Shown: piece after piece, positions 28,478 through 38,887 of the stretch
How positions within the stretch are numbered: the stretch's first letter is position 1
Layout of the letters: every line of letters starts with the position of its first letter
Origin: Candidatus Hydrogenedentota bacterium
Lineage (GTDB): Bacteria; Hydrogenedentota; Hydrogenedentia; Hydrogenedentales; SLHB01
NCBI GenBank assembly: GCA_963668025.2
Contig: CAXXTH010000010.1
Span: forward strand, 640,001-704,000
DNA length: 64,000 bases
Reading direction: 5' to 3'
Notes under the pieces: model-generated
Told to the model about the DNA's origin: nothing
The model's database searches: none
Seen by the model: the letters and a program-made list of their open reading frames with translations, nothing else
Program-made: the position numbers and the translations under genes

Positions 28478-29364
28478 CCACCATCCAGAGAAATGTCCAA
28501 GGCGAAGATATCCGGCAAAGCGCCAAGCATGTGTTATTTGTTGAAGGGAACGATGATAACGGCCTAGATCCTCTGGTATTATCCGAACTATTGCCTATAG
28601 AGATTTCGGTAAAACCCTTGGGAGCGTCGTATCATATCCGTAGCGCTGCCGAAGCCCTTCATAAGCACCATCCCAGTTATTATTTCTTGATTGATCGCGA
28701 CCACCATGAAGATGATTTCATAAACAATTGCTGGAAGAATTTTCCAGATGAATCGAAATCAAATCTCCTGGTGTGGTTCCGGCGGGAATTAGAAAACTAC
28801 TTTCTCATTCCAGAATATCTTAAGCATTCGAAATATTTAACCGCTACGTCAAAAAAATTGCTCGATTCCATTCGCAAGCACTGCCAGCAGCGGTTATACT
28901 TGGACGTTGCCAACCAAGTCATTGTTTCTCTCCGTGAAGATTTCAAATTGAAATGGATCGATTTTTTTGAGAAGATTAAGGGATTTGAATCAAAGGAACT
29001 CGCTCTCAAGCAACTCAAGGAAAGGCCAGAATTTAAAGCAAAAATAGAAACCACCTCGTCCGCCCTGGATATTTTGGAGGTGGAGCGAAGATTCCATGCT
29101 AAGCTCCATGATTTTACTGAAGGAAACGAAAATCTCGACTACGGCAGTGGCCGTTGGCTGGAGCTGGTCCGAGGAAAGAAAGTATTACCTTCGGTCATAA
29201 AGGAGTGCTTCACAGTTGCAGATGCGCAGGGAACGCCTCTTCAAGCAGGCCGTGAAAGCATTAAGGAAATCGCTAAAGATCTGCTGGGTAAAGGCTTGGA
29301 TAAGCAACCAGATGATTTTCAGCGTCTGTATAAAATTATTTCGGCTAGAATAGCATCATCCTAA
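28474..29364 (+). CDS. TOPRIM-type putative nuclease (DUF4435/AriB-like)
   Basis: LFVEGNDD, LIDRD, RELENYFL, VRGK; ATGA coupled to the ATPase. Confidence 0.7.
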   Translation: MTTIQRNVQGEDIRQSAKHVLFVEGNDDNGLDPLVLSELLPIEISVKPLGASYHIRSAAEALHKHHPSYYFLIDRDHHEDDFINNCWKNFPDESKSNLLVWFRRELENYFLIPEYLKHSKYLTATSKKLLDSIRKHCQQRLYLDVANQVIVSLREDFKLKWIDFFEKIKGFESKELALKQLKERPEFKAKIETTSSALDILEVERRFHAKLHDFTEGNENLDYGSGRWLELVRGKKVLPSVIKECFTVADAQGTPLQAGRESIKEIAKDLLGKGLDKQPDDFQRLYKIISARIASS

Positions 29365-29573
29365 CGCTGAAGCACTCTATTTGCAGCTTATCAGCCCGGG
29401 AGTGTTTTCTAGGTCCAGCGAGAATTGGCCACCGCGTCCAGTGATAAAACTGCCTGTAAAAAATAAAAACTTGCCCTCATACAGAAAAAATTTTAACTAC
29501 AATGTCCTGGATGCCATGAACGTGCAGTTGGAAGCTCTGGCCGGAGCAAGCGTGCATTGGGGCTTTTCGCGCC

Positions 29574-30830
29574 CTATGCCTTGCGGGAAATAGCGTGAAC
29601 CAGCAGCGATTGTTTCCCCTTTTCCTGGAGGGACTCATCGAGAAAAGCAATCTCGTCGTCGTTCACGATGGTGTAGGGGAATTGTTTCACTCCCTTTTTA
29701 TCCAACAAGAAGACAAAAGACTTTTCGAAAGCAGCCTTACCAGCGGCGACTACTTGGCACCCAAGTGAGACATTCTCCTTGAGCGGCGTTTCACTCGTAA
29801 TGGCCTGCTTCGCATACGCCGAGTGTATGTTTGCGCCGGTAATCTGGTAGTTCCCTTTCATCTCGGCGCGCGTGCCCTCCGCGCTTCCCGTTTTCAAGCG
29901 ATATCCGGGGTCTTTTCCACGATGAAGGCCCCGCACGTAGGTGACTTGCTTTGAGTCTAGCCGCCCGACACCCTGCTTCGTGCTGCTGGATTCTGTCGTC
30001 ATGCGGTATTCATACACTTCGAATCCGCCATTCGCGTCCTCTATAATAACGAACATCGTGTCGTCATATCGTTGATTGGTGTTGTTTTGCAGGCCTTCTG
30101 TCCAGTCCAGGCCGCGAACGGCGATAGCGTTGGCCGCGCAGCCTGAGCCGTTCGCCTCCACCCATGCACCACCTTTTAGCGTCACGATGAGTTTTGCCTC
30201 CATGGCAATGGCGCTTGCCTCCTTGCCCTCATATGAACGCACAAATCCTTGTGACTCTACTGGAACGATGGGGGACGGCACATCGGTGTACAGGGCAAGG
30301 GTGAGATCTTCCTCACAGACGAGTGCGTGCATCTTGGCGCGATTCGACGGCAACACAAGTTGGCGGAGTTCACGGGTTTCCACGGGGACAGCAACTTCCA
30401 CCATGTTTCCTTCTTCATCGACCGCCTCCAGCGGAATAGACTCCGTCTGTAGGGATGCCATCACGCCGAAATCTTGTTCGATTCGCGCCATGAGATCCGC
30501 ATGAATCCGTTGGCGCAGTTGATTGACAAGCTCCAAGCCGCGCTGCACAAGATCCTCTCCAGACTTCGGAGGCCCTTCGTTGCGGTCCGATTGTTTGCCC
30601 GGTTGTCCTGTCTTAGATTGCCCTTGGCACTCCCGTAGGTACTCGTCCAGATAGGCTTGGATTCCCTGCTGGAGTTCGTCCACGCTCATATCGGCCCGCA
30701 ATGGGGTTGTTTTGTCCTGTTTCTTGTCCGGGATACTCGCCTTCTTGGGTGGCGTGCTTGCGCAGTGGGCTGTCGTGAGCGCCAACACAAGGACAAAAGC
30801 CAGATTACGTATTCGCCGCATGCTCCACAT
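29574..30830 (-). CDS. Lipoprotein with putative YkuD-like (His...SxGC) domain
   Basis: Lipobox TAHC; AVRG..YDD..TTE..GLHRG..GANIHSA...SLGCQV. Confidence 0.6.
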   Translation of the reverse strand: MWSMRRIRNLAFVLVLALTTAHCASTPPKKASIPDKKQDKTTPLRADMSVDELQQGIQAYLDEYLRECQGQSKTGQPGKQSDRNEGPPKSGEDLVQRGLELVNQLRQRIHADLMARIEQDFGVMASLQTESIPLEAVDEEGNMVEVAVPVETRELRQLVLPSNRAKMHALVCEEDLTLALYTDVPSPIVPVESQGFVRSYEGKEASAIAMEAKLIVTLKGGAWVEANGSGCAANAIAVRGLDWTEGLQNNTNQRYDDTMFVIIEDANGGFEVYEYRMTTESSSTKQGVGRLDSKQVTYVRGLHRGKDPGYRLKTGSAEGTRAEMKGNYQITGANIHSAYAKQAITSETPLKENVSLGCQVVAAGKAAFEKSFVFLLDKKGVKQFPYTIVNDDEIAFLDESLQEKGKQSLLVHAISRKA

Positions 30831-31462
30831 GTTCTCGCCCTCATCAAGCGGCAGGCCCAATCGCCCACCGGGATTTTCCATATGGTCAAGCCTGAAAAAC
30901 CTGGCAATGCGCTTAGATAACTCCTATGAGTATTGGGAAACAGTCTTCAACTCCCGTTTCAATTTGTTTCGCCCTTCAAGCGAGTGTTTCACAAGCATGA
31001 AGAGTCTATCAATTCGATGCGCTCTTGAAGAGAGGTGGGGCGTCAACGGTTCACCCCAGACAACAGCGCATCTTCTTGATGACACCCGCCGGGCAATCCT
31101 TTGGCCGGTTGCCCGCCAGCAAAAACAGCCTCCGTTTCACCGGGCAATGCCAGTTTAGCACAGCTTTGGTTGTTTCGAGGCGTGTGTTTTTTTCTTGGGG
31201 CTTTCGGCAAAAAAGTAACGAGATGCCTCCGAATGATGTTTCTCGCCCGAAAGGCGCATATAAAGCCTGGCGTGGGTATTGCCCACCACCCAATGGAATG
31301 CCATGAATCTGGCGGTTTTCGCACCCGTTAAACCATTGCAAAAAAAGTCACTTGCGTTCGTAGGCGAAAAACTTCTTGTTTATTCTTACAGAAGCTGGAG
31401 CGTAAGGTGCTGACTCAAGGATTTAGAACGTCTATGGCACGCTTCCGGCGGCGTATGTGCGC

Positions 31463-32638
31463 TTATAGATGGGCTGGCCTATTCGCGTGTGCGCGAATCG
31501 CCGGGGTGAGGAATGCCATGCAGACAAATCCGGCGACACTCAGTAGTCCTATGCATGCGAGAATAGGTATCATGAATGAGCCCCGGGCATCATAAGCGTA
31601 TGCGGCAACGACGGGGGCGAAAGAGGCGGGAATGTTGCTAGACATCATCCATCCATACAGGTGGCCGACCCGGCGGGCGCCCCAGATTCTGGATACGGAA
31701 GCGGCAAAGAGCACGAGCACGCCGCCGTAATTCGCTCCCGCCAAAAACGCAAAACAGAGGAATCCGGCCATGGAGCGGGATAACATGAAAAAGAGAGACA
31801 ATACAAAGGCTTGAGCGAGCAGATTAACGTGAATAAGCCAGCCGCCGTGCGTGCGATCAAACCCAAGCCCCCAGCCTACACGCCCCATCGCATTTCCCAA
31901 GGCGAATAGGGACACCGCCGCCGCTCCGGCCGAGGCGGTCGAACCGGCGACGAGTTGTTTGAGATTCGCATTCACTAGGAAACCGGCGCAAAGCCCCGAG
32001 AACATCGCCAAGTATAGAATGGCAAAAAGGTATTTCTTCCCATTTCCGGTTTGGGCGGGTGCGATGGATTCGTGTGGAAGCTCTTTGGGAACTCGCATGA
32101 AGAAACCCGCGCAGGCCACCAACACCAAGAACACAATGCCGCATCCCCGGAATACGAAATAGGGCGAAATGCTTTCCTGTTCCATCAAATGGCTGGAGAT
32201 CTGGGCGACGAGTGCGGCGCCTCCCCCGAATCCCGCCACGGCAAGCCCCGTGACGAGGCCCTGTTGTTTGGGGAACCATAGGATGCCGGTCGCAATAGGC
32301 ACCACATAAGCCAGGCCCACGCCGATTCCGCCGATGACGCCAATTCCTATAATCGTTAATGCATAACAACCTTCCCCAAAACCGGCCGAAATCCATCCTG
32401 CCCCAAACACGATGCCGCCTGCCACGGCGCATGCACGGGGGCCTATTCGTTTCATCAGTATGCCGGAGAACATCGTCGTGAGGGGAAACACAATGTAAAA
32501 CACGGTGAACGGCAGTTGGGTTTTGCTGAGGGACAATCCTTCCAAAGCCTGGAGCGGTGTTACGAAGACAGACCAGGCATACGTCGAGCCCAGGCACAAT
32601 GTCATGCATATAGACGCGCACAGTACAAGATATCGCAT
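31463..32638 (-). CDS. MFS transporter, OFA (oxalate:formate antiporter) family
   Basis: 12 TM; YAWSVF, WFPKQQGLVTGLAVAGFGGG. Confidence 0.9.
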   Translation of the reverse strand: MRYLVLCASICMTLCLGSTYAWSVFVTPLQALEGLSLSKTQLPFTVFYIVFPLTTMFSGILMKRIGPRACAVAGGIVFGAGWISAGFGEGCYALTIIGIGVIGGIGVGLAYVVPIATGILWFPKQQGLVTGLAVAGFGGGAALVAQISSHLMEQESISPYFVFRGCGIVFLVLVACAGFFMRVPKELPHESIAPAQTGNGKKYLFAILYLAMFSGLCAGFLVNANLKQLVAGSTASAGAAAVSLFALGNAMGRVGWGLGFDRTHGGWLIHVNLLAQAFVLSLFFMLSRSMAGFLCFAFLAGANYGGVLVLFAASVSRIWGARRVGHLYGWMMSSNIPASFAPVVAAYAYDARGSFMIPILACIGLLSVAGFVCMAFLTPAIRAHANRPAHL

Positions 32639-33472
32639 CGTGGTGTTATCATCCTATTCAATTGCATCGTTCAATAAAAACAGCGGTGGCGGTTTGTTCC
32701 GGCAAAAAAACTACCAGAAAAAGGGATGGCGATTGTAATGCGATTCGGATTCTGTGTACAGCCTTGGCTGGCGGAGCGCGGCGCTCGGTCCTATACGAAA
32801 GGCCTGGCCGCTACCTAATCGCGTGCGCTCGAAAAAACTTGCCGCTCCTCATCCGGCTCGCATCATGCCATACTTGCTCGGAAAAATTCTATCCGTCCGC
32901 TGACCCCAAAGCGCCAGGCAGGCTCGATGGATGTCTTTGTGCTTATAAGCCTTTTGCGCTTCTTTTTTTTACCCACACATAGCGGGAAGGCGGTTCGGGC
33001 CATGGCCTATAATCCTATGCGCTTCCCGTATCACGTAACTCTAATAATGAAAATGGGTTGGAGGTGAATTCCGCGTGTAGGCAGGCAACCTACTTTCAGG
33101 CAAACAGAAAAATAATCTTGGGAAACGCCACCTGGCGCACAAACGGCATGCTGCGCAAAATGGAGGTGTTGGTATTGGATATGGTCGCGGAAAACCATTG
33201 CCACGCCACCAAGCCCACCACTAAATTCGGGACATAATTGCCGCCGCTCCGCTTGAAGATCAACCGAAAACCACATAATAAAGGCTAATCCGTCCGATCA
33301 TTCATTCACGAAAGCAAGGCGCCACATGACCGCTCCTCTCGTCTATAGTTTTGCCATTTTTGGCGGCGTTCTTCGGGCCGTTCTTTTTCAGTTCTGCGAG
33401 GTACGCCAACGACGATCTGCATCGCGCGACACCCAGACTGCGCATAGCCCATTCGCGCAGATCTTGCCTGAA

Positions 33473-35512
33473 TCACGGGAGGACCTTTTCCTTGTCAGGG
33501 TCTCGGCCGGCGATGGCGATAAAAATATCTTCTATCTCGTTGAAGGCTTGTACGACATCGGGGTCGAATTGGGTGCCGCTCCCTGCGGAGATAAGCTTGG
33601 CCGCTTCTGCATGGGGCAAGGGGGGCTTATACGGACGCTTGGAACGGAGTGCGTCGTAGACATCGGCCAGGGCCATCAACCTGGCTGCCAGCGGGATTTC
33701 GGCGCCTTTGAGTCCTTTCGGGTAGCCTTTTCCGTCCCATCGCTCGTGGTGGGCCAAGGCAATTTCCTGGGCGTAGCGAAGGAATGAGAGCTTCTGCTTG
33801 ATTCCGGAGATCCTCTCGGCACGCACCAAAGCTTGATGCCCGGCGATGGTATGCAGGCGCATGACATCGAATTCCTCGTCCGTCAGTCGTCCAGGTTTAA
33901 GCAGAATATTATCTGGTATGCCGACTTTCCCGATATCATGGAGCGGAGCACTCTTGAACAGCATGTCGAGAGTTTCCGCGCTCAACTCTTTTTTATACTG
34001 CGGCTTTTTCGCCAGTTGCATGGCCAGTGCGCGTACGTAATATTGGGTACGGACGATGTGGCCGCCCGTTTCCGGATCGCGGGTCTCCGCCACGGTAACC
34101 AGGCCCAAGATAGCGCAATCCTGAGCCAGGGCTAGTTCGTAGGACTTCTGTCGGGCCACGTTCTCCTCGCGGCGAAACCGGACCACACCCAGTATGATGA
34201 AGGTGGCGCCCAGCGCCGCCATCGGGGTGACAGGCGACAGATACAGGCCATGCGCGTTGAGCAACCACTGTGCGCCGTACCACAGGCCCGTCAGCCCGCC
34301 TGCACCAGTCAGGGCGCACACGGTGAGCGAGTATCTGGACAACAAGACGGTCATTATAGCGCCCAACACGAGTACCAGTATGCATTGCACCCCGATACTC
34401 CAGGCCGGACTATGCAGAAAACTCCCGCGTAGGATGGCGTCGGCGGTCACGGCGTGTACTTGCACGCCGGGAAATCTCCGATCCAGCGGTGTAGCTTGGA
34501 CGTCCTGCTGCCCGGCGGCGGAGGAACCGAGGAACACCACCTTGCCTCGCAGTTGATCCAGCAGCACGTTCTTCTTCAACAGGTCCACGGCTGACACCCA
34601 CTGGAATTGCTGCCGTCCCGCCTGATTAAACGGCAACAGCATTCCGCCTTGGCGGTCGGTTGGAATCCGAATATCGCCCACCTGCACTTCCTCGATGCCG
34701 GCCGCCGATACCCTCATCGTTGCCTGGAAAACGCCTATCTTTCGCATGACCGCGGCCAACGCCAACGATGGATATATCCGATCTTGACAGGCGATCAACA
34801 GAGGCGCTCGACGGATCTTCCCGTCTGAGTCGGGCAGGGCGTTGAGGAACCCGATGGATTGCACCGAATGTGACAACTGGGATAACGGATACAGCGCGCT
34901 CGAGGCCTTTGGCAGGGGAATGGACTCCGGGGCATCGGCTGATCGTTGAATTACGATCTCCGGTATCGGCAACGAAGGAATGACCGCACGGTCTGGCTCA
35001 TCGAACATGAACCAGATGCTTGCCACGACCTCCGGGAACGCCATCGTCCGGGCCAACAGTGCATCATTGTCTAGATAATCCGTAGGAACCTGGCTGAAAT
35101 CGATGGAGACCTGCAGCGCCTGCTGGAGACTTTCCTTGAGCTGATTTAGAGAAAGCCGGTCCGGTTCCGCGAGAATGAAGTCGATACCCACCGATTTCAC
35201 ATCGGCCTCATGAAGCGTTTCCAACAGACGCGCTATCTGATACCGCGGCCAAGGCCATTGCCCCAGTTCCCGCAGACTCTTCTCGTCAACATCCACGATA
35301 ACGACCTCGGAAGGAGGAGGGATTCTGCGAAGGGAGCTTAGGAGCTCGTCATAGCCCAGGTTATCGAGCTGTATCATTGCCGACGGCCGGAACACCGTCA
35401 AGAACAGTAGAAAAAAGGACAACCCAACACCCATCACCAGTACGCTACGCTGTGTGCGCCGGGCGATCGGACGCCGTGCAGGAATGAAGACGGGTTGCGG
35501 TCTTTCTGTCAT
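33473..35512 (-). CDS. CHASE2 sensor + HD-GYP phosphodiesterase
   Basis: DEKSLRELGQWPWPR, PGVQVHA, LHDIGK, HHERWDGKGYP. Confidence 0.93.
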   Translation of the reverse strand: MTERPQPVFIPARRPIARRTQRSVLVMGVGLSFFLLFLTVFRPSAMIQLDNLGYDELLSSLRRIPPPSEVVIVDVDEKSLRELGQWPWPRYQIARLLETLHEADVKSVGIDFILAEPDRLSLNQLKESLQQALQVSIDFSQVPTDYLDNDALLARTMAFPEVVASIWFMFDEPDRAVIPSLPIPEIVIQRSADAPESIPLPKASSALYPLSQLSHSVQSIGFLNALPDSDGKIRRAPLLIACQDRIYPSLALAAVMRKIGVFQATMRVSAAGIEEVQVGDIRIPTDRQGGMLLPFNQAGRQQFQWVSAVDLLKKNVLLDQLRGKVVFLGSSAAGQQDVQATPLDRRFPGVQVHAVTADAILRGSFLHSPAWSIGVQCILVLVLGAIMTVLLSRYSLTVCALTGAGGLTGLWYGAQWLLNAHGLYLSPVTPMAALGATFIILGVVRFRREENVARQKSYELALAQDCAILGLVTVAETRDPETGGHIVRTQYYVRALAMQLAKKPQYKKELSAETLDMLFKSAPLHDIGKVGIPDNILLKPGRLTDEEFDVMRLHTIAGHQALVRAERISGIKQKLSFLRYAQEIALAHHERWDGKGYPKGLKGAEIPLAARLMALADVYDALRSKRPYKPPLPHAEAAKLISAGSGTQFDPDVVQAFNEIEDIFIAIAGRDPDKEKVLP

Positions 35513-35524
35513 GTCCGGTTATGC

Positions 35525-36130
35525 TCAGCGGACGATGATTTCAACGCGGCGGTTTTTCGGCTCCGACACATTGTCGCCCGTCTTCACCAAAGGTTCGCCC
35601 TTTCCATGATAGGCGATATTCATGTACTTCACGTCTACGCCGTTCTCGACGAGATAATCCCTGATTTTGATGGCCCGTTCCATCGAGAGTTTCATGTTAT
35701 GTTCTGCATCGCCCGTCGTGTCGGCATGGCCATTGATACTGATGTCGCGCGAATCCCTTTTCTTAATCTCAGCAGGAACAAGAGCTAGGTCCTGTTCCGA
35801 TTTGGCATCCAACTCCGTGGAGTCGGCGCCGAAATACAACAGGAAGAAGGCCGGGGCCGGTGGTTCGGCCGCTAAGGCGTCGCCAAAAACTTGCTGCGTC
35901 GTGGCCTGATCCATCGGTGAGATCTTCTTCGGCGCGGATACGGCGCTATCCACGGACACGGTGTCGTTCCCTTGCGACAACGTGGCCGTTCCCGCATCGT
36001 TCTTTATGCTGATACTTCCGACATGCTCGTCCCGATCCGGAACCAGCACAAACACATTTTTGTTTCTTGCACAACCTGCAACAGCCACGAAAACACAAAT
36101 CAACACTCCCCATCTTGTGATATACTTCAT
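35525..36130 (-). CDS. OmpA-family lipoprotein
   Basis: Lipobox VAGC; GHADTTG..NMKLSMERA, NRRVEI. Confidence 0.9.
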   Translation of the reverse strand: MKYITRWGVLICVFVAVAGCARNKNVFVLVPDRDEHVGSISIKNDAGTATLSQGNDTVSVDSAVSAPKKISPMDQATTQQVFGDALAAEPPAPAFFLLYFGADSTELDAKSEQDLALVPAEIKKRDSRDISINGHADTTGDAEHNMKLSMERAIKIRDYLVENGVDVKYMNIAYHGKGEPLVKTGDNVSEPKNRRVEIIVR

Positions 36131-36168
36131 GAGTGCTCTCCCCATTGGATGTTCCTGATTTGCTTCAC

Positions 36169-36663
36169 TTATTTTCCTTCTATCTTCGCCATGAACTTCG
36201 TGCCTCGAACCGCCACCACACCCACAGGCGTTTCCACCTTCACCGCCTCCGGCGCCAGTTTCGCGATTCGCCCCGACACATAGACGAAGGTGCCTTTGAC
36301 CATCTTCAGCGCGACCGCAAAGACACCCTCATTCGGCTTAAACGCGAACTCCTTCATTCTCAACTCGCTGGAGTTGCCGAGGGAAACCGTCGTGTCATCG
36401 CGCAGGATGATGCCCAAAGAACCATCCTCACCTGTGCGCAGTACATCCTCCGAATACACGCGTGATCCCAGTTCCGCGAGAATCTCCTGGCCGTTTCGGA
36501 CGATAGTAGCTTCCCCTTTCAGTGTCTTTATGCTGCCCGCCGCCGTGTCTGTTCCCGAGGCTTGCTGCGGGTCCGCCGTGTTTTTGTCGGCATTCTCTGA
36601 ATACGCAGTGACACAAATTCCCAACATGCCCACAAGCAGACAGCACAGAAGACGCATACACAT
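36169..36663 (-). CDS. FecR-domain protein
   Basis: LRTGEDG...DDTTVSLG...VETPVGVVAVRGTKF. Confidence 0.88.
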   Translation of the reverse strand: MCMRLLCCLLVGMLGICVTAYSENADKNTADPQQASGTDTAAGSIKTLKGEATIVRNGQEILAELGSRVYSEDVLRTGEDGSLGIILRDDTTVSLGNSSELRMKEFAFKPNEGVFAVALKMVKGTFVYVSGRIAKLAPEAVKVETPVGVVAVRGTKFMAKIEGK

Positions 36664-37090
36664 GGCGCACCCTTCCTTCTTCGTAGCCCAAACGGTTTCG
36701 ACGTCCTCTACAACGAAAAGACAAACACCCCTTCACGGATCGATACGTCCTGAAACTCAATACCGTGATAATAAGTAATACGATAATAATGATAACATGT
36801 TAATCCGTATCTGTCAATGATTTACGCCCGGAGAGATCTCCAGAAAATCGGCGAGGACATTTCTATAAACTGGTAACTCTATTCAGAATGAATAGTTGCG
36901 GTTATCACTTCCCTTTTTTTGGTGGGAAATCCTGTCAGATAAATATACGCTGTACTACCATCACGACGCCCATCCAATTTATACTCACGCAAAGCCGCCA
37001 GGAATGCAAAGGTAAACGAGAATAAACAGTGTTATGCCGTTCCAATGGATTGCGGGCAGCATCATGTTAAGTGATTGATAGGCTTGTATC

Positions 37091-38887
37091 ATGAATGCTT
37101 CGCCAGGAGATAGATGGCCGCGCGTGGCCGTGGTTGCACTGCTGGGCATTTGCACGCTGGCCAGCGTGCTTCATCCCCGATTATATCCCCATTTCACGGA
37201 TGTGTACTACCACATCGCGGCCATTGAAGGCTTCCGGCAGGCGGGTGGATTGCCATTGTGGGCGTTTTGGGAGCAGGCGGAAGCGGGCAGGCCCCATATA
37301 TATCCGCCCGCATTGCATCTGGCGGGCATGCTGTCCGCCGGGCTGGGCGTTTCGCCATGGACCTTCGGCGTTTTCATGAGCTGGGCATGCTGGCCGGTTT
37401 CGCTGTGGCTGGCATGGCTGCTGGTGCGGCGCATTGGCGGCGAACGGGCCGGGTTGCTGGCGGTGGCGTTTTTAGCGGGCCCACATGCCTGGTTTTTCCA
37501 GCAGGCCGCCCACACGGCGAATGCCTGGGCGCTGCTCTGGACGATTGGGGCGCTGCTGGCGTTCTCCCATAACCGCATGCCGCTGGCGGGGGCGTGTGCG
37601 GCCTTGGCGGCGGGCAGCCATGGCATGGGATTCGCCGCTCCGGTGGCGCTCGGGCTTGCACGGCTCATCGGGCCAAAGGGTAAAACATGCGATATCTTCT
37701 GGCTCGTGGGGCTGCCCTTGGCGGCGTTTGCGCCATGGGCGTGGCATATGGCCCAGCACCAAGGCCAGGTGGCCTCGAGGGAAGGCTGGCTGCAATGGGG
37801 CATGTTCCGGCTCGATCCGGTTCTGACGGTGTTCGCGCTGGCTGGGCTGGGCGTTTCGATTGGACGCGCTATGCAATGCCGCCGCCAGGACGATAACGAA
37901 TCCGCCCAGCGCTGGCTGCTTGGCGCGGCATTTTTGGCGGGTTTTACGGTTGTTTTCCCGATGCACTACGCACACCGGTTTTGGGCGTTCAATGCCTTTC
38001 TGCCCTATGCTTTGCTGGCGGGCATAGGCGGGGCAGCCGTGCTCGAACGCATGCGGGGGGGCGTATCCCGGGAAGCTGCTACTATCGCGCTGACGCTCTC
38101 GGCGCTGCTCGTCATGCCCGTTTGGCGGCCCGCCTCACGGGGCCTTCCGGAACAGGCGGGCAATCTCCGGCGCTTAACCGCCGATGATGAACGCGCCCCC
38201 GAATGGTTGTGGGAGAAGCCCGCATTGTGGACCCTGGCCATTGGCCGTACGCGGGGCATGGAACGATGGGGATATCTGCGAGAACTCGGGAAATGGCTGC
38301 ATACAGCACGCGGCGAGTTGCGCCCCGGCTGTATCGTGTTCGCTCCGGGCGTGATAGGCAACGTGGCTACAGCGGCCACCGGGGTATGGAGCACGGGAGG
38401 CATGCTGGCCGAGGTGGAAGGGAACGGGCGGCCTACAGCCGCCATGCAATGTGATTATATCCTGGATATGCATCTCGCACGCAAGTCCGGTCCTCCGCTC
38501 CACACTATCCCATTCCCTCCAGCGCCGAAAGGTTTTGAGGTTGTTGAGGAGCATGCGGCGCGCGCAGAAAATCAAGATACGCTGGAAGCACGCCTGTATC
38601 GCTCTACGAAAATGAATGGGCCGCGCCCCGCCCCGCGTGCGGCTGTTCCAAGCTGGGTTTTCTGGCTGGGCGTTGGTGGTTTTCCATTGCTGGTTTTAGC
38701 AGAGAAATGCCGCCGCTCAACGCCCCGGGTTTGCGCGCGAACGGCGGCTGTGGTCTTGTTTGCCATTCCATGGGCCTGGCTTGCCGCGGCCGTATCGATT
38801 GAATTGCCAGACACACATCCAACCGTTCAGACCGCGCCACACCAGCCCGGAAGCCCTAAATACAATCCCACCCTTTACTCGCCGTAG
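37091..38887 (+). CDS. Multi-TM protein, GT-C glycosyltransferase-like
   Basis: DVYYH, GRPHIYPPALH followed by many TM helices. Confidence 0.6.
   Translation: MNASPGDRWPRVAVVALLGICTLASVLHPRLYPHFTDVYYHIAAIEGFRQAGGLPLWAFWEQAEAGRPHIYPPALHLAGMLSAGLGVSPWTFGVFMSWACWPVSLWLAWLLVRRIGGERAGLLAVAFLAGPHAWFFQQAAHTANAWALLWTIGALLAFSHNRMPLAGACAALAAGSHGMGFAAPVALGLARLIGPKGKTCDIFWLVGLPLAAFAPWAWHMAQHQGQVASREGWLQWGMFRLDPVLTVFALAGLGVSIGRAMQCRRQDDNESAQRWLLGAAFLAGFTVVFPMHYAHRFWAFNAFLPYALLAGIGGAAVLERMRGGVSREAATIALTLSALLVMPVWRPASRGLPEQAGNLRRLTADDERAPEWLWEKPALWTLAIGRTRGMERWGYLRELGKWLHTARGELRPGCIVFAPGVIGNVATAATGVWSTGGMLAEVEGNGRPTAAMQCDYILDMHLARKSGPPLHTIPFPPAPKGFEVVEEHAARAENQDTLEARLYRSTKMNGPRPAPRAAVPSWVFWLGVGGFPLLVLAEKCRRSTPRVCARTAAVVLFAIPWAWLAAAVSIELPDTHPTVQTAPHQPGSPKYNPTLYSP

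Noticed and set aside
30900-31460. Short ORFs or IS remnant in this spacer (also 32650-33470)
   Set aside because: No transposase motifs, TIRs or convincing coding signal found
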